Assembly (NCBI GenBank): GCA_902625535.1
Contig: CACOBT010000007.1
Span: 5,220 to 69,219 of the forward strand
Direction: 5' to 3'
DNA from: an uncultured beta proteobacterium
GTDB taxonomy: Bacteria > Pseudomonadota > Gammaproteobacteria > Burkholderiales > Burkholderiaceae_A
DNA: 64,000 nucleotides
Under the pieces are notes generated by a model, which had not been told where the DNA came from, ran no database searches, and was given only the letters and a program-made list of their open reading frames with translations. The position numbers and the translations under genes were made by a program. Positions 1 to 10,645 of the stretch are shown one piece after another (the first letter of the stretch is position 1; each line of letters begins with the position of its first letter).

Positions 1-80
1 CAAACATCTCTTTCTTTGTGACTCTTGGCTGTAACACGTTCTTTTTTTAGATAGAATAGAGTATATAAATTTTAAAAATC

Positions 81-1394
81 ATGGAAAAAAAGCTATATAT
101 TAAAACATACGGATGTCAAATGAACGAGTACGACTCCGAAAAAATCGCCGACCTTCTATCGGAGACTAATGCTATCTCAGAGACAAGTTCGCCTGATGAC
201 GCTGACATCATTCTTTTTAACACATGTTCCGTTCGAGAAAAAGCAGAGGAAAAAGTTTTCTCTGATTTAGGAAGAATTAAACACCTAAAGAGAAAAAATC
301 CCAATCTAGTTATTGGAGTAGGCGGCTGCGTAGCAAGCCAGGAGGGAGCAAATATCGTTAAAAGGGCGCCCTATGTAGATATTGTATTTGGGCCTCAAAC
401 ATTACATCGGATTCCCTCTATGGTCCAGAGGGCGCGAAAAGATGGAAAAAGTCAAATTGACATAAGCTTTCCTGAAATCGAAAAATTTGACCACTTGCCA
501 TCCTCGTCGAAGAGCTCTAGCACAGCATTTGTTTCAATCATGGAAGGATGTAGCAAGTATTGCAGTTTTTGTGTGGTTCCTTATACCCGAGGAACTGAAT
601 TTTCACGATCCGTGTTCGAAATAATTCCAGAAGTACAACATCTTGTCAAACATGGAGCAAGGGAAATCACATTTCTTGGTCAAAACGTTAATGCTTATTA
701 TGACAAAAGAGAAAGGCTAGATTTTGCAACTTTACTAGAACTAGTTTCCACTGTTAAAGGGTTGGAAAGAATTCGGTACACCTCGTCTCACCCTAGAGAG
801 GTAACGAGAAGCCTCATTCAAGCTTATAAAAAGTTGCCCCAGTTAGTTGATCAGTTGCACTTACCTGTTCAATCAGGGAGCGATAAAATTTTATCTGCAA
901 TGAAGAGAGGATATACTGCTATCGAATATAAATCTATTATTAAAAAATTAAGAATAAGTAGACCTTCACTGTCTTTAACATCAGACTTCATTGTTGGATT
1001 TCCCGGAGAAAATGACGACGATTTTCAAAAAACACTAAATCTCGTCGATGAACTTAAGTTTGACGGATCCTACTCATTCATTTACAGTGATCGTCCGGGG
1101 ACTCCTGCGTCTTTACTACCTGGAAAGATTGATAAAAAGACGAAGTTGTCTAGATTGGAAGCTTTACAAGCGAAACTCAATCACTATTCCCTTCAATACA
1201 GTTTAGAAATGCTGGGAAAAAAAGAAAATATTTTGATTGAGGGATCTTCTAAGCGAAATAAAAAAGAGTTGATGGGCCGCACTCAAAACAATAGGGTCGT
1301 GAATTTTGTGGGAGAGACTAGCTTGATTGGTAGGATCGTCCCAGTGTTGATTACTGACATCAAAAAACATAGTCTAAGAGGGAAGCTTATTTAA
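81..1394 (+). CDS. miaB: tRNA (i6A37) methylthiotransferase MiaB (radical SAM)
   Basis: 437-aa ORF. N-terminal '[17 protein letters not shown]' MTTase domain. Radical-SAM '[15 protein letters not shown]'. Conserved miaB-ybeY-corC-lnt order. Confidence 0.93.
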   Translation: MEKKLYIKTYGCQMNEYDSEKIADLLSETNAISETSSPDDADIILFNTCSVREKAEEKVFSDLGRIKHLKRKNPNLVIGVGGCVASQEGANIVKRAPYVDIVFGPQTLHRIPSMVQRARKDGKSQIDISFPEIEKFDHLPSSSKSSSTAFVSIMEGCSKYCSFCVVPYTRGTEFSRSVFEIIPEVQHLVKHGAREITFLGQNVNAYYDKRERLDFATLLELVSTVKGLERIRYTSSHPREVTRSLIQAYKKLPQLVDQLHLPVQSGSDKILSAMKRGYTAIEYKSIIKKLRISRPSLSLTSDFIVGFPGENDDDFQKTLNLVDELKFDGSYSFIYSDRPGTPASLLPGKIDKKTKLSRLEALQAKLNHYSLQYSLEMLGKKENILIEGSSKRNKKELMGRTQNNRVVNFVGETSLIGRIVPVLITDIKKHSLRGKLI

Positions 1395-1455
1395 TGATAT
1401 CAGTGAATGTACAGCAAATTCAGGATAAAAGACTTAGAGCGTTTCACTGCTTTAT

Positions 1456-1467
1456 AAAAAAAAAAAA
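1456..1467 (+). repeat. A12 homopolymer separating two reading frames of ybeY
   Basis: 12 consecutive A read directly. The ATG frame from 1394 stops at 1469-1471. The downstream ybeY frame is open from 1458. Confidence 0.9.
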
Positions 1468-1490
1468 TTAATAAAATAATCAGTCTTACG

Positions 1491-1865
1491 TTGAATAAAG
1501 CTGCTTTAAATGATTTCATGGGCAATTATTATTTGACGGTGAGATTTACAAATGCCCGTGAGAGCAAGCTTCTAAATGCTAAGTATAGAAAAAAGAATTA
1601 CGCCACGAACGTCTTAACATTCAGCTATGAGAAATACCCAAACGTTATTGCTGACATTGTTATATGCCTTCCGATAATATATGCCGAATGTAAAGAACAA
1701 AATGTGGGATATCTTGACCATCTGACCCATATGATCATACACGGAACCCTTCACGCAATAGGATATGACCATGAATGCTCTAATGACGCACTAATTATGG
1801 AAAAACTTGAAGAAAAAATATTAAACTTATTAAGTATTTCATCTCCTTACGCGCAAAAAACTTGA
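1491..1865 (+). CDS. ybeY: endoribonuclease YbeY (major 3' part; N-terminal ~24 codons appear to lie in another frame from 1394)
   Basis: Zinc motif 'HMIIHGTLHAIGYDH' (HxxxHxxxxxH). 'NYATNVLTF' block typical of YbeY. The ORF as given starts at TTG and is short for the family. Confidence 0.85.
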   Translation: MNKAALNDFMGNYYLTVRFTNARESKLLNAKYRKKNYATNVLTFSYEKYPNVIADIVICLPIIYAECKEQNVGYLDHLTHMIIHGTLHAIGYDHECSNDALIMEKLEEKILNLLSISSPYAQKT

Positions 1866-1919
1866 TTTTAAGGAGTTTTTTGGCAAAATATAGATTCCTT
1901 GACTAAAACATGCCGGCGC

Positions 1920-2834
1920 ATGAACGACGACCCCAATCCGGGAAGATTTATAGAACTTGTAAAACGATTTTTCAACCGTTTTTTTAAGAAACCTGACAAC
2001 AGGGAAGAATTCATCGAACAAATTCATGAGGCGGAAGAACACTCGGTTCTGAACGCAGACGCAGTTTCGATGATGGAAGGCATCTTACAAATATCGGACC
2101 TCGCAGTCAGAGACATAATGGTACCCAGGGCAAGAATGGACTGTATAGAAGTAGAGACAAGCATTGACGATATTTTAGACTTTGTTACTGAAATCGCACA
2201 TTCCCGATTTCCCGTTATTAAGGGAAAAAAAGATAATGTGATAGGTATAATACTCGCAAAGGATCTTCTCTCGATCCTTCACAGGGATGAGGATATCCAT
2301 AGAGATGAAGAGAGTATTAGGGGCTTGATGCGACCAGCAGTGTTAGTTCCAGAGTCAAAAAAATTAAACGCTATGCTGCGAGATTTTAGGATTAAGAGAA
2401 ACCATATGGCAATTGTCGTGGATGAGTATGGCGGAATCAGCGGATTAATAACTATCGAAGATGTGTTGGAACAAATAGTTGGCGATATAGAAGACGAACA
2501 TGATACTGATGAAGAAAAAGATAATATTTTAGAAATTCCTGCTCAATTGAACCGCTTTCGAGTAAGGGCTGGAACTTCCTTAGACCAGTTTAATAATTTT
2601 TTTTCAACGAAATTCAACAGCGATGCTGTTGAGACAATAGGTGGTTACGTCACTGACCATTTAGGACACGTTCCTCGACGTGGAGAAAAAACAGAAATTG
2701 ATAATATTGCTTTCGAAATTCAACGCGCAGATGCTAGGAGGGTTTATCAACTGGTTATTGATATTGAAAAATTTAGCCCTGCTAGGGAGATAAAAGATAA
2801 TAAAGCGATAACTTATTTAAATGGTGAGTCTTAG
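1920..2834 (+). CDS. corC: CBS-domain Mg/Co efflux-associated protein CorC/YbeX
   Basis: CBS pair ('VRDIMVPRARM', 'MAIVVDEYGGISGLITIEDVLEQIVGDIEDEHD') plus CorC_HlyC-type C-terminus. ATG at 1920 preferred over the TTG at 1899. Confidence 0.88.
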   Translation: MNDDPNPGRFIELVKRFFNRFFKKPDNREEFIEQIHEAEEHSVLNADAVSMMEGILQISDLAVRDIMVPRARMDCIEVETSIDDILDFVTEIAHSRFPVIKGKKDNVIGIILAKDLLSILHRDEDIHRDEESIRGLMRPAVLVPESKKLNAMLRDFRIKRNHMAIVVDEYGGISGLITIEDVLEQIVGDIEDEHDTDEEKDNILEIPAQLNRFRVRAGTSLDQFNNFFSTKFNSDAVETIGGYVTDHLGHVPRRGEKTEIDNIAFEIQRADARRVYQLVIDIEKFSPAREIKDNKAITYLNGES

Positions 2835-4236
2835 CCTTGTAGCTTTAATTTCAACAGTTCTTTACCTAAACGCCAACAATAATCCAAACTATAGGAAGGT
2901 TTCTTATCTAGTTATCTTTAGTTGCTCTCAGCTAGGTCTATACTGGATTTTTGATAGTTTATATTTCATCGGAGGGTTACCGCTTCTCCTTTCAATTTTT
3001 TCTACAGCGTTGCTGGCATGTTATGTGGCAAGTTTTTATATCGTTGCCCTTATTTTAAGCAGATCATACAGCTTCTCAAGCCTTGAGATTGCGGCGTTAG
3101 TAACTAGTTTGGAGGGACTTCGAAGTATTCTTTTTAGCGGCTTCCCATGGCTTGAAATAGGAGTGCTGGGAATTGATCTGCCATTTGCTAACGTAGCTCC
3201 TTTTTTTGGAAGTTACGGCGTCACTTTTTTTATTGTTTTTTGTATTGCTACTTTGGTTAACAACTGCAATACTGCATCATTTTTAAAAATAACATTTATC
3301 ATCTTAGTTAGCGTTAGTCTATCCTTTGTTAGCTTGACCGAAGAAACAAAAAAACCAATTAAGATAGTCCTGGTACAGGGGGGTATTCCACAGTCAATCA
3401 AATTTGACTCTGACCAAGAGTTAAGAAACCAAGAGACATACTATTCTCTTATTAAGAAGGCTTCTATGGAACATGAGGGCATAAATGCAATAATTTTGCC
3501 CGAAACTGCGTTAACAAAGCCCTTTGAACTCATCGAAAAAACGTTCTTAAAGAAATTATCAATTGTTTTAGAGACCAATGAAAGCTTACTTCTTACAGGA
3601 GTCCCTAATTTGAAGAATGGAAATTGGTACAACTCACTGTTTTCACTAGAGGCAAATCCAGAGAATCCACATTTTTTCAAAAAAATCGGTGAGTATAACA
3701 AACGCCATTTAGTTCCATTCGGTGAATTTATTCCCCAGGGATTTAAGTGGTTTGTCGATTTGATGAACGTTCCATTGGGAGATTTTTCCCGAGGACAGCC
3801 TCTGCAGGATCCGCTTTCACTGGACGGGCATCAATTTGTAGCAAATATTTGCTTCGAAGACTTGTTCAACTGGGAAATAATAAAAAACCTTCGGCAAACC
3901 TCATTGAAAAATGAATCCTCAATCCTACTGAACATCAGTAATCTAGGTTGGTTCGGGGAGTCAAATTCTCTCAAATATCATTTAATGGCAGCTAGGATGC
4001 GAAGTCTTGAAACAGCAAAACCAACTCTTCGATCTACTAACACTGGTATGACAGGTTATATTGATCACAGGGGGGTAATAGCGGCTGTTCTGCCTCCGAC
4101 ATCTCCAGGTTACCTCGTTGTTGAAATTTCAGGTCGGGTGGGAAATACCCCTTTTACATTATTCGGAAATACGCCTATTGCTCTACTTTGTATTTTTGTT
4201 TTATCAGCTGGCGTCGTAAGGAGGATTTTTCGATAA
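2821..4236 (+). CDS. lnt: apolipoprotein N-acyltransferase
   Basis: Polytopic N-terminus plus CN-hydrolase domain. Catalytic contexts 'ILPETA', 'YNKRHLVPFGEFIP', 'ANICFEDLF'. Follows corC. Confidence 0.87.
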   Translation: MVSLSLVALISTVLYLNANNNPNYRKVSYLVIFSCSQLGLYWIFDSLYFIGGLPLLLSIFSTALLACYVASFYIVALILSRSYSFSSLEIAALVTSLEGLRSILFSGFPWLEIGVLGIDLPFANVAPFFGSYGVTFFIVFCIATLVNNCNTASFLKITFIILVSVSLSFVSLTEETKKPIKIVLVQGGIPQSIKFDSDQELRNQETYYSLIKKASMEHEGINAIILPETALTKPFELIEKTFLKKLSIVLETNESLLLTGVPNLKNGNWYNSLFSLEANPENPHFFKKIGEYNKRHLVPFGEFIPQGFKWFVDLMNVPLGDFSRGQPLQDPLSLDGHQFVANICFEDLFNWEIIKNLRQTSLKNESSILLNISNLGWFGESNSLKYHLMAARMRSLETAKPTLRSTNTGMTGYIDHRGVIAAVLPPTSPGYLVVEISGRVGNTPFTLFGNTPIALLCIFVLSAGVVRRIFR

Positions 4237-4239
4237 AAT

Positions 4240-5142
4240 ATGACTATGTTATCAATTCAAAATATTATTTCTAAATTAGAGCAATTCTGGGCGGACAAAG
4301 GATGTATTATACTTCAACCCATTGACACTGAAGTTGGGGCTGGAACGTCACATCCTATGACTTTTTTAAAAGCAATTGGGCCAGAACCATGGAACGCCTG
4401 TTACTCTCAGCCCTCCAGACGTCCTTCAGACGGAAGATACGGCGAAAATCCGAATCGACTACAGCATTATTTTCAGTTTCAAGTTATCTTTAAACCTAGT
4501 CCTGAAAGGATGGTGGATTTATATCTTGAATCCTTATCTTGTCTCAGCATAGACCCGCAACACAATGATGTAAGGCTTGTTGAAGATAATTGGGAAAATC
4601 CAACCCTAGGTGCGTGGGGGTTAGGATGGGAAGTTTGGTTAAACGGCATGGAAGTTACCCAATTCACATATTTTCAACAAATCGCCAGTCTAAACTGCAA
4701 ACCTATAACCTGCGAAATTACTTACGGTGTGGAAAGACTTGCTCTGCACATTCAAGAGAAAGAAAACGTTTATGAATTAATATGGATGTCTCATGAAGAT
4801 GATAGAGGAAAGGTTTTTGAAGTAAGTTATGGAGACATATATAGACAGAATGAAGTTGAACAATCGATTCACAACTTTGAAATGAGTAACCCAAAATTTT
4901 TGTTTGAGAGTTTCGACCAATATGAAAGTGAGGCACAAAGGCTTCTCGATAAAAGTCTTCCGTTACCGGCTTATGAATATACGCTAAAATCAGCGCACAC
5001 ATTCAATTTGCTAGAGGCAAGAGGATGTATATCCGTCACGGAAAGGGCGCGGTATATAAAAAGAATTCGAGATTTATCAAAGGAAATCGGGAAAAAATAC
5101 CTAGAATCACGAGAAAATCTAGGATTTCCAATGGTGAAATAG
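4240..5142 (+). CDS. glyQ: glycine--tRNA ligase alpha subunit
   Basis: Highly conserved blocks '[16 protein letters not shown]', '[22 protein letters not shown]'. Confidence 0.96.
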   Translation: MTMLSIQNIISKLEQFWADKGCIILQPIDTEVGAGTSHPMTFLKAIGPEPWNACYSQPSRRPSDGRYGENPNRLQHYFQFQVIFKPSPERMVDLYLESLSCLSIDPQHNDVRLVEDNWENPTLGAWGLGWEVWLNGMEVTQFTYFQQIASLNCKPITCEITYGVERLALHIQEKENVYELIWMSHEDDRGKVFEVSYGDIYRQNEVEQSIHNFEMSNPKFLFESFDQYESEAQRLLDKSLPLPAYEYTLKSAHTFNLLEARGCISVTERARYIKRIRDLSKEIGKKYLESRENLGFPMVK

Positions 5143-5145
5143 ATT

Positions 5146-7308
5146 ATGTCAAACTCAATACTGCTAGAAATACTGACCGAAGAATTACCTCCAAAATCCT
5201 TGAGAGATATATCAACATCACTTCTAAATCTTTCGTTGAGTTTTTTACAAAAAGATGAGCTTTTTTTTGATAAACCCAGTTTTAAAATCTTCGCTACACC
5301 CAGACGAATCGGTTTTCTCATTAGAAATGTTTCGACAATGGCACCAGATAAAGAAGAAAAAATCCGGTTAGTTCCGAAACAGATTGGTTTAGATAACAAG
5401 GGAACAATGTTACCTCCATTGGAGAACAAATTAAGGGGTCTCTTACAAAATAATTTCAAAATCGTCCCTTTAAAACCTGACTATCTAGAAACGTTGTTAA
5501 AAGATATTTACAGTGAGGAGCTAAACGGTAAAGAATTTCTTTTTATCGATGTTTCAAATAAGGGTATAAGTATAGAAGAATCGGTGAAAAAAAATCTGGC
5601 TTTGTGTCTGAAAAAGTTACCAATTCCAAAATTGATGAAATATCAAAAATTAAATCCACAGCGAATAATACAAGACGTTGAGTTCATACGTCCAGTCAGA
5701 GGCATCACCTTAATGATTAATGACAAACTATTAGATATCGAGATTCTCGGTGTAAAATCCTCAAGAATCACGAGTGGCCATAGGTTTTTAGGTAGCAAGG
5801 CTGTCGAAATTAGATCAGCGTTAGAATATGAATCTCAGCTTTTTGAGACGGGAAAAGTGATTGCGGAATTTGAGAAAAGACGTATTAAAGTCAATGAGTC
5901 AATTGACCAAATTTGCAAACAACAGAACTGTAAAGCCATCATTGACGATCACCTACTCGACGAGATTACTGCTCTCTGTGAGTGGCCAAAAGCGCTTCTT
6001 TGTGAATTCGATAAAGAGTTTTTATCTCTTCCAGATGAATGTCTTATTTTAACCATGCAGAGGCATCAAAAATATATCCCCTTAGCCGAAGACGATAAAA
6101 GTTTAAGTAATAAATTTATTGTTATCGCCAATAATACTCCTGAAGATGTGACGGGAATAAAAAACGGTAATGAAAAAGTTCTGAGAGCAAGGCTAAAAGA
6201 TGCTCATTTCTTTTTTCAAAAAGATAAGAAAAAATATTTGATTGAGAGAAACCATGATCTTGCGTCGGTAACATATCACAGTCTTCTAGGAATGCTGAGT
6301 GACAGAGTTGAAAGAATAAAATCTCTTTTGTTAGATTGGAGTACGAAAATAAATTTGAATAAATCAGACTGCATTACTCTGGCTGATGTTTCGAAGAATG
6401 ATCTTGTAACTCTCATGGTAAATGAGTTTCCTGAACTTCAGGGGACTATGGGAAAATATTATTATTTATCTGAAGGGGGAAAGTTACATATTGCTGAAGC
6501 AATTGAGGACCAATACAAGCCAAGATATTCAGGGGATAATCTTCCCAAGAGCAAATTAGGAAAATCACTTGCACTGGCTGACAAGTTTGAAACGATTGCT
6601 GGTCTTATTAGTATTAATTTACTGCCAAGCGGTGATAAAGATCCATATGCAATGAGACGAAGTGCCCTAGGAATAATCAATATTCTCATGTCGGAGCGTT
6701 TCAACACTAACCTTAGTTATTTAATTGAATCATCATTGAGTATATTTATTTCAGATAGAGAAAAAAAAGAAGATGCAATAAAAAAAATGAGTCGATTTAT
6801 TTCCGACCGTATATTTTTCTTATTCAAGGACAAGGGTAATAGGCCTGACTGTATCATGGCATGCATGAAATTTTGTCATGTCGATATCTATCACTTTCCC
6901 CACTTACTAAAAGAACTCGAAAAAGTAGCGATTGATGATGATTCTCGAGATTTATTTTTAATTAATAAGAGAATTAAAAATATTTTAGAAAAAGCAGGGG
7001 TAAATAAGGAGGGGTTTGATGCCATAGATCAAAACTTATTAATAGATCAAGCTGAAAAAGATTTATTCCTAATTTCAAATAATTTACGTGATCAAATTAG
7101 TGATCAAATTTCTCATAATAAATTTGATAAATACCTACAGTCCTGTGAAGAATTTAAAAAGCCCATTGAAATTTTTTTTGAAAATATCATGGTTAATGTT
7201 GACGAAAAAGCCATTAAAAATAACCGGATTTTTTTACTTTCACACGTTTATACCATTATGAATCAACTAATCGATTTGTCGTTGGTATCCAAGGGTCGTA
7301 ATGAGTAA
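5146..7308 (+). CDS. glyS: glycine--tRNA ligase beta subunit
   Basis: 720-aa ORF 3 nt after glyQ. N-terminus 'ILLEILTEELPPK' and 'FATPRR' typical of GlyS. Confidence 0.93.
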   Translation: MSNSILLEILTEELPPKSLRDISTSLLNLSLSFLQKDELFFDKPSFKIFATPRRIGFLIRNVSTMAPDKEEKIRLVPKQIGLDNKGTMLPPLENKLRGLLQNNFKIVPLKPDYLETLLKDIYSEELNGKEFLFIDVSNKGISIEESVKKNLALCLKKLPIPKLMKYQKLNPQRIIQDVEFIRPVRGITLMINDKLLDIEILGVKSSRITSGHRFLGSKAVEIRSALEYESQLFETGKVIAEFEKRRIKVNESIDQICKQQNCKAIIDDHLLDEITALCEWPKALLCEFDKEFLSLPDECLILTMQRHQKYIPLAEDDKSLSNKFIVIANNTPEDVTGIKNGNEKVLRARLKDAHFFFQKDKKKYLIERNHDLASVTYHSLLGMLSDRVERIKSLLLDWSTKINLNKSDCITLADVSKNDLVTLMVNEFPELQGTMGKYYYLSEGGKLHIAEAIEDQYKPRYSGDNLPKSKLGKSLALADKFETIAGLISINLLPSGDKDPYAMRRSALGIINILMSERFNTNLSYLIESSLSIFISDREKKEDAIKKMSRFISDRIFFLFKDKGNRPDCIMACMKFCHVDIYHFPHLLKELEKVAIDDDSRDLFLINKRIKNILEKAGVNKEGFDAIDQNLLIDQAEKDLFLISNNLRDQISDQISHNKFDKYLQSCEEFKKPIEIFFENIMVNVDEKAIKNNRIFLLSHVYTIMNQLIDLSLVSKGRNE

Positions 7309-7852
7309 GCGTCTGATTATTCTGGATAGAGATGGTGTGATAAATCATGATTCTCCAAATTACATTAAAAGTCCTAACGATTGGCATCCGATACCTGGGA
7401 GTATAGAGGCTATCGCTAAAATGAGAGCAAAGGGATGGAAAATTGCGATTGCGACTAATCAATCTGGAGTTGGTCGAGGCATCATACAAATGGTAGATTT
7501 ATTCAGTATTCACGCAAAATTGCTTAGTTCAGTTAGACAATATGGCTCTGATATTGATTGTATTTTTTTCTGTCCACATCGTCCTAACCAAAACTGCTCC
7601 TGTAGGAAACCAAAACCAGGGATGTTTTTAGAAATAACAAAACGATTCGGTATATCTGGGAACTCTTGCGTTACAGTTGGGGACTCTCTCCGTGATTTAA
7701 AGGCAGCAGAAGCGGTCTCAGCGAGATCAATACTAGTCTTGACTGGAAATGGGGAAAGAACGTTAATGGAACACAAGTCCGGCCTCAATCTAATGCCTTG
7801 TAAGGTTCAAATAGAAAATGATCTCAGTTCTTTAGCTGAAAAAATTAGTTAA
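7301..7852 (+). CDS. gmhB: D-glycero-D-manno-heptose 1,7-bisphosphate phosphatase
   Basis: HAD motif 'ILDRDGVIN'. Zn-binding loop 'CPHRPNQNCSCRKPKPGM'. 'VGDSLRDL'. Confidence 0.88.
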   Translation: MSKRLIILDRDGVINHDSPNYIKSPNDWHPIPGSIEAIAKMRAKGWKIAIATNQSGVGRGIIQMVDLFSIHAKLLSSVRQYGSDIDCIFFCPHRPNQNCSCRKPKPGMFLEITKRFGISGNSCVTVGDSLRDLKAAEAVSARSILVLTGNGERTLMEHKSGLNLMPCKVQIENDLSSLAEKIS

Positions 7853-8571
7853 TGTTCATTTTCCGTTCAATAATATTCTTTTTATTTCAGGTTTTTTCCC
7901 TTTTTTTTTGGGGAATACTAGTAATAGTGATAATACCCTTCCTGAATTTAAAAACGCGATATTCAATAACAATGCTTTGGCCAAAATTAAACCTAAAGGT
8001 TGCCGATAAGCTAATTGGAATTAAATGCGAAGTGCGAGGATCTCAAGTCATTGATCGTAACTTAAATTCAAATATTATTTTATGCAGCAATCACCAAAGT
8101 ACCTGGGAAACTTTTTTCATCGCGTCCTGTTTAAAGAAGCAAGTTTGTTTCATCTTTAAACGAGAACTACTTTTCATTCCATTTTTTGGGTGGGGAATTT
8201 TTTTGCTGGATATGATCCATATAAATCGAAGAACGGGAAGAAATGCTATTCATACAATAATCAATGAAGCTCCTAACCAATTTGCTCAAGGAAGGTGGTT
8301 AGTTTTTTTCCCAGAGGGGACACGGGTTTCTATATCAGAAAAGAAACGCTATAAAATTGGTGCAGCGGTCATAGCCAGTGAACTAGGGGTTCCTATAATT
8401 CCAATCGCACATAATGCAGGGAAACTCTGGAAAAAAAATGCTTTTATCAAAAGACCTGGAACAATCATAGTAAAGTTTGGAGATGAAATTTATCCTGAAG
8501 GTAAAAGACCCGACCAAATCATCTCTCTGGTTAAAGACCGTATTGAAAAATTGAAAAGCGAAATAAATTAA
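7852..8571 (+). CDS. plsC: 1-acyl-sn-glycerol-3-phosphate acyltransferase
   Basis: N-terminal TM. Acyltransferase blocks 'NHQSTWE' and 'FFPEGTR'. Confidence 0.85.
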   Translation: MFIFRSIIFFLFQVFSLFFWGILVIVIIPFLNLKTRYSITMLWPKLNLKVADKLIGIKCEVRGSQVIDRNLNSNIILCSNHQSTWETFFIASCLKKQVCFIFKRELLFIPFFGWGIFLLDMIHINRRTGRNAIHTIINEAPNQFAQGRWLVFFPEGTRVSISEKKRYKIGAAVIASELGVPIIPIAHNAGKLWKKNAFIKRPGTIIVKFGDEIYPEGKRPDQIISLVKDRIEKLKSEIN

Positions 8572-9362
8572 TTTAATTTATTTCTAAAAATGAGATTTGC
8601 CAGTTTTATGAAATCAGAGATCGGAACCTCTTCAGCACGATCCGTAGGATCAATCCCCACACTCATCAACTCCGGCTCAGAAGCAAAACCGTTTAAACAA
8701 TTTTTTATCATCTTCCTTTTCATGGAAAACGATCTTCTAATCACTTCAAAGAGGACGTTTTGGTCTAAAACTCGTTTTTCGTACTTGTCGTTAGGTAACA
8801 TTTTAATCACAGAAGAATGTACATTTGGAATAGGTTTGAAATTGTCAGGCGTTACATCGATAACTTTCTCAACATCATAAAATAGTTGAATCAAGACGGA
8901 AAGCCTACCATACTCTTTGTTTTTTGGTGTAGCAATTATTCGATCTACAACCTCTTTCTGAAGCATTAAAAACTGATCCTGAATAAGCCGTCTAGACTTA
9001 AGTAACTTGAAAAGTATCTGTGACGAAATATAGTAGGGTAAATTACCTAAAATTCTCACTCTCCCATGCCTTAGAGAACTTCTTAAATAGGTATTGAGAT
9101 CAAATTTCAGTATGTCCCCATATAGTATTTCAACATTAGGTTGCGGGAATTTTTTTTTCAACAACGGAATAAGTTCTTTGTCTTTTTCGAGTGCTGTAAG
9201 CTCAAAACTGCATTCTGTGTTGGAGATTATTGAGCCCGTTAGTGCACCCTCGCCCGGACCAATTTCAAATAAAAAATCGTTGGCCCGAATATGCAGGTGA
9301 GAAATTATACAATCTGTAATGTGGGTATTTATTAAAAAATTTTGGCCCAAATGCCTCTTCAT
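8568..9362 (-). CDS. rsmA: 16S rRNA (adenine1518/1519-N6)-dimethyltransferase
   Basis: 'LGQNFLIN' and SAM-binding 'FEIGPGEGALT'. Downstream of surA. Confidence 0.92.
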   Translation of the reverse strand: MKRHLGQNFLINTHITDCIISHLHIRANDFLFEIGPGEGALTGSIISNTECSFELTALEKDKELIPLLKKKFPQPNVEILYGDILKFDLNTYLRSSLRHGRVRILGNLPYYISSQILFKLLKSRRLIQDQFLMLQKEVVDRIIATPKNKEYGRLSVLIQLFYDVEKVIDVTPDNFKPIPNVHSSVIKMLPNDKYEKRVLDQNVLFEVIRRSFSMKRKMIKNCLNGFASEPELMSVGIDPTDRAEEVPISDFIKLANLIFRNKLN

Positions 9363-9373
9363 CAGGGGTAAAC

Positions 9374-10645
9374 CTAGATTTTTTTGTCTATAAAGCTGTT
9401 AGCCCTCATGTCCGATATCCATTCACGTACAACTTCTTTAATGCGTTTTTCCCTGATAAGATTCTTTGCAAGAGTTAACTTACGCTCAGGGCTCACTTTC
9501 TCTTGCACCCTATCCATAACCATTATTAGATGATAACCGAATGGTGTTCGAACTGGATTACTTATTTCGCCAGGAGCTAATGTCAAAGCCTCTCTTTCAA
9601 AACTGGGAACGTAATCCCCCTGGTAGACCCATCCTAAGTCACCGTTATTTTTCGCTGATTTTTCGTCATCTGAAAATCTTTTTGCAAAACTCTCGAACGG
9701 TTCTCCTGCCAGAACCCTATTTTTAATTTCCTTCAATGACTCAAACGCGGCCTTCTCATCATCTCTTTCATTAACTCGTTTTAATATATGTTTCACCCTA
9801 TACTTAATAATCTTATCTCTGATCACGGTAGATCTGCGGTCCACAACATAAAGAATGTGAAACCCACTTTTGCTTTCAATTATCTCAGAGTAGGTCCCCG
9901 TTTTAAGTTCTATAACGTGATTAAGAAATATTTCAGGGATTCGATCATATTTTTTCCAACCCCAATCCTCAAATTCGAATCTCTTATGTTGTCTGATTTC
10001 AGAATTCCCATTCTTTTCACTGATTAACGATTCTAATATTTTTTCAGCAGATCTTTTTGAAGTCTCTCTGCTAATTTCACTGTTGAAAGGGACCTTAAGA
10101 TGCATGATAGCTATCTCTCCCGATGACAAGTTAAATTCCACTTCCGTAGACAAAAAATTTTCCGCCTCTGCGTCGGATACATACAGCTTCTGATCTAGCT
10201 CTCTATCTCGTAACCGAGTAAGTAACACATCAGTCTCTAATTTAGCTTTGAAATCCTCATAACTAATTCCGGCTTCCCGTAATTTTTCCCTAAGCCCTTC
10301 CACCGTCAGTTCCTGATTGCCAGCAATATCTTCGAATATCGTGGAAATAGTATCAGAATCAACCGATATATTGAGACGTTTTGCTCTTTGAACTAGAATT
10401 TTTTCATCTATCATTTTTTCCAAAACAGCATTTTTTTGTGCATCCGAAAATCCCCGGTAATCTCTCACCGTCAAACTTTGTATTGCTATATTTGCTTGTA
10501 ACTCACTTTCTAATATCGCTTCTCCGTTCACCACTGCAATAACCCGATCGATGATAACCGGCTCTGCATTCACTGCCTGAAATATATTCAAAATGGTCCA
10601 GTAAACGATTGTAAGCATTTTCCTACCCATAAAAATCTCAATCAT
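9374..10645 (-). CDS. surA: periplasmic chaperone / peptidyl-prolyl isomerase SurA
   Basis: Signal peptide, SurA N-domain and two parvulin domains ('GFHILYV', 'FGYHLIMV'). ATGA overlap with the lptD stop. Confidence 0.88.
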   Translation of the reverse strand: MIEIFMGRKMLTIVYWTILNIFQAVNAEPVIIDRVIAVVNGEAILESELQANIAIQSLTVRDYRGFSDAQKNAVLEKMIDEKILVQRAKRLNISVDSDTISTIFEDIAGNQELTVEGLREKLREAGISYEDFKAKLETDVLLTRLRDRELDQKLYVSDAEAENFLSTEVEFNLSSGEIAIMHLKVPFNSEISRETSKRSAEKILESLISEKNGNSEIRQHKRFEFEDWGWKKYDRIPEIFLNHVIELKTGTYSEIIESKSGFHILYVVDRRSTVIRDKIIKYRVKHILKRVNERDDEKAAFESLKEIKNRVLAGEPFESFAKRFSDDEKSAKNNGDLGWVYQGDYVPSFEREALTLAPGEISNPVRTPFGYHLIMVMDRVQEKVSPERKLTLAKNLIREKRIKEVVREWISDMRANSFIDKKI

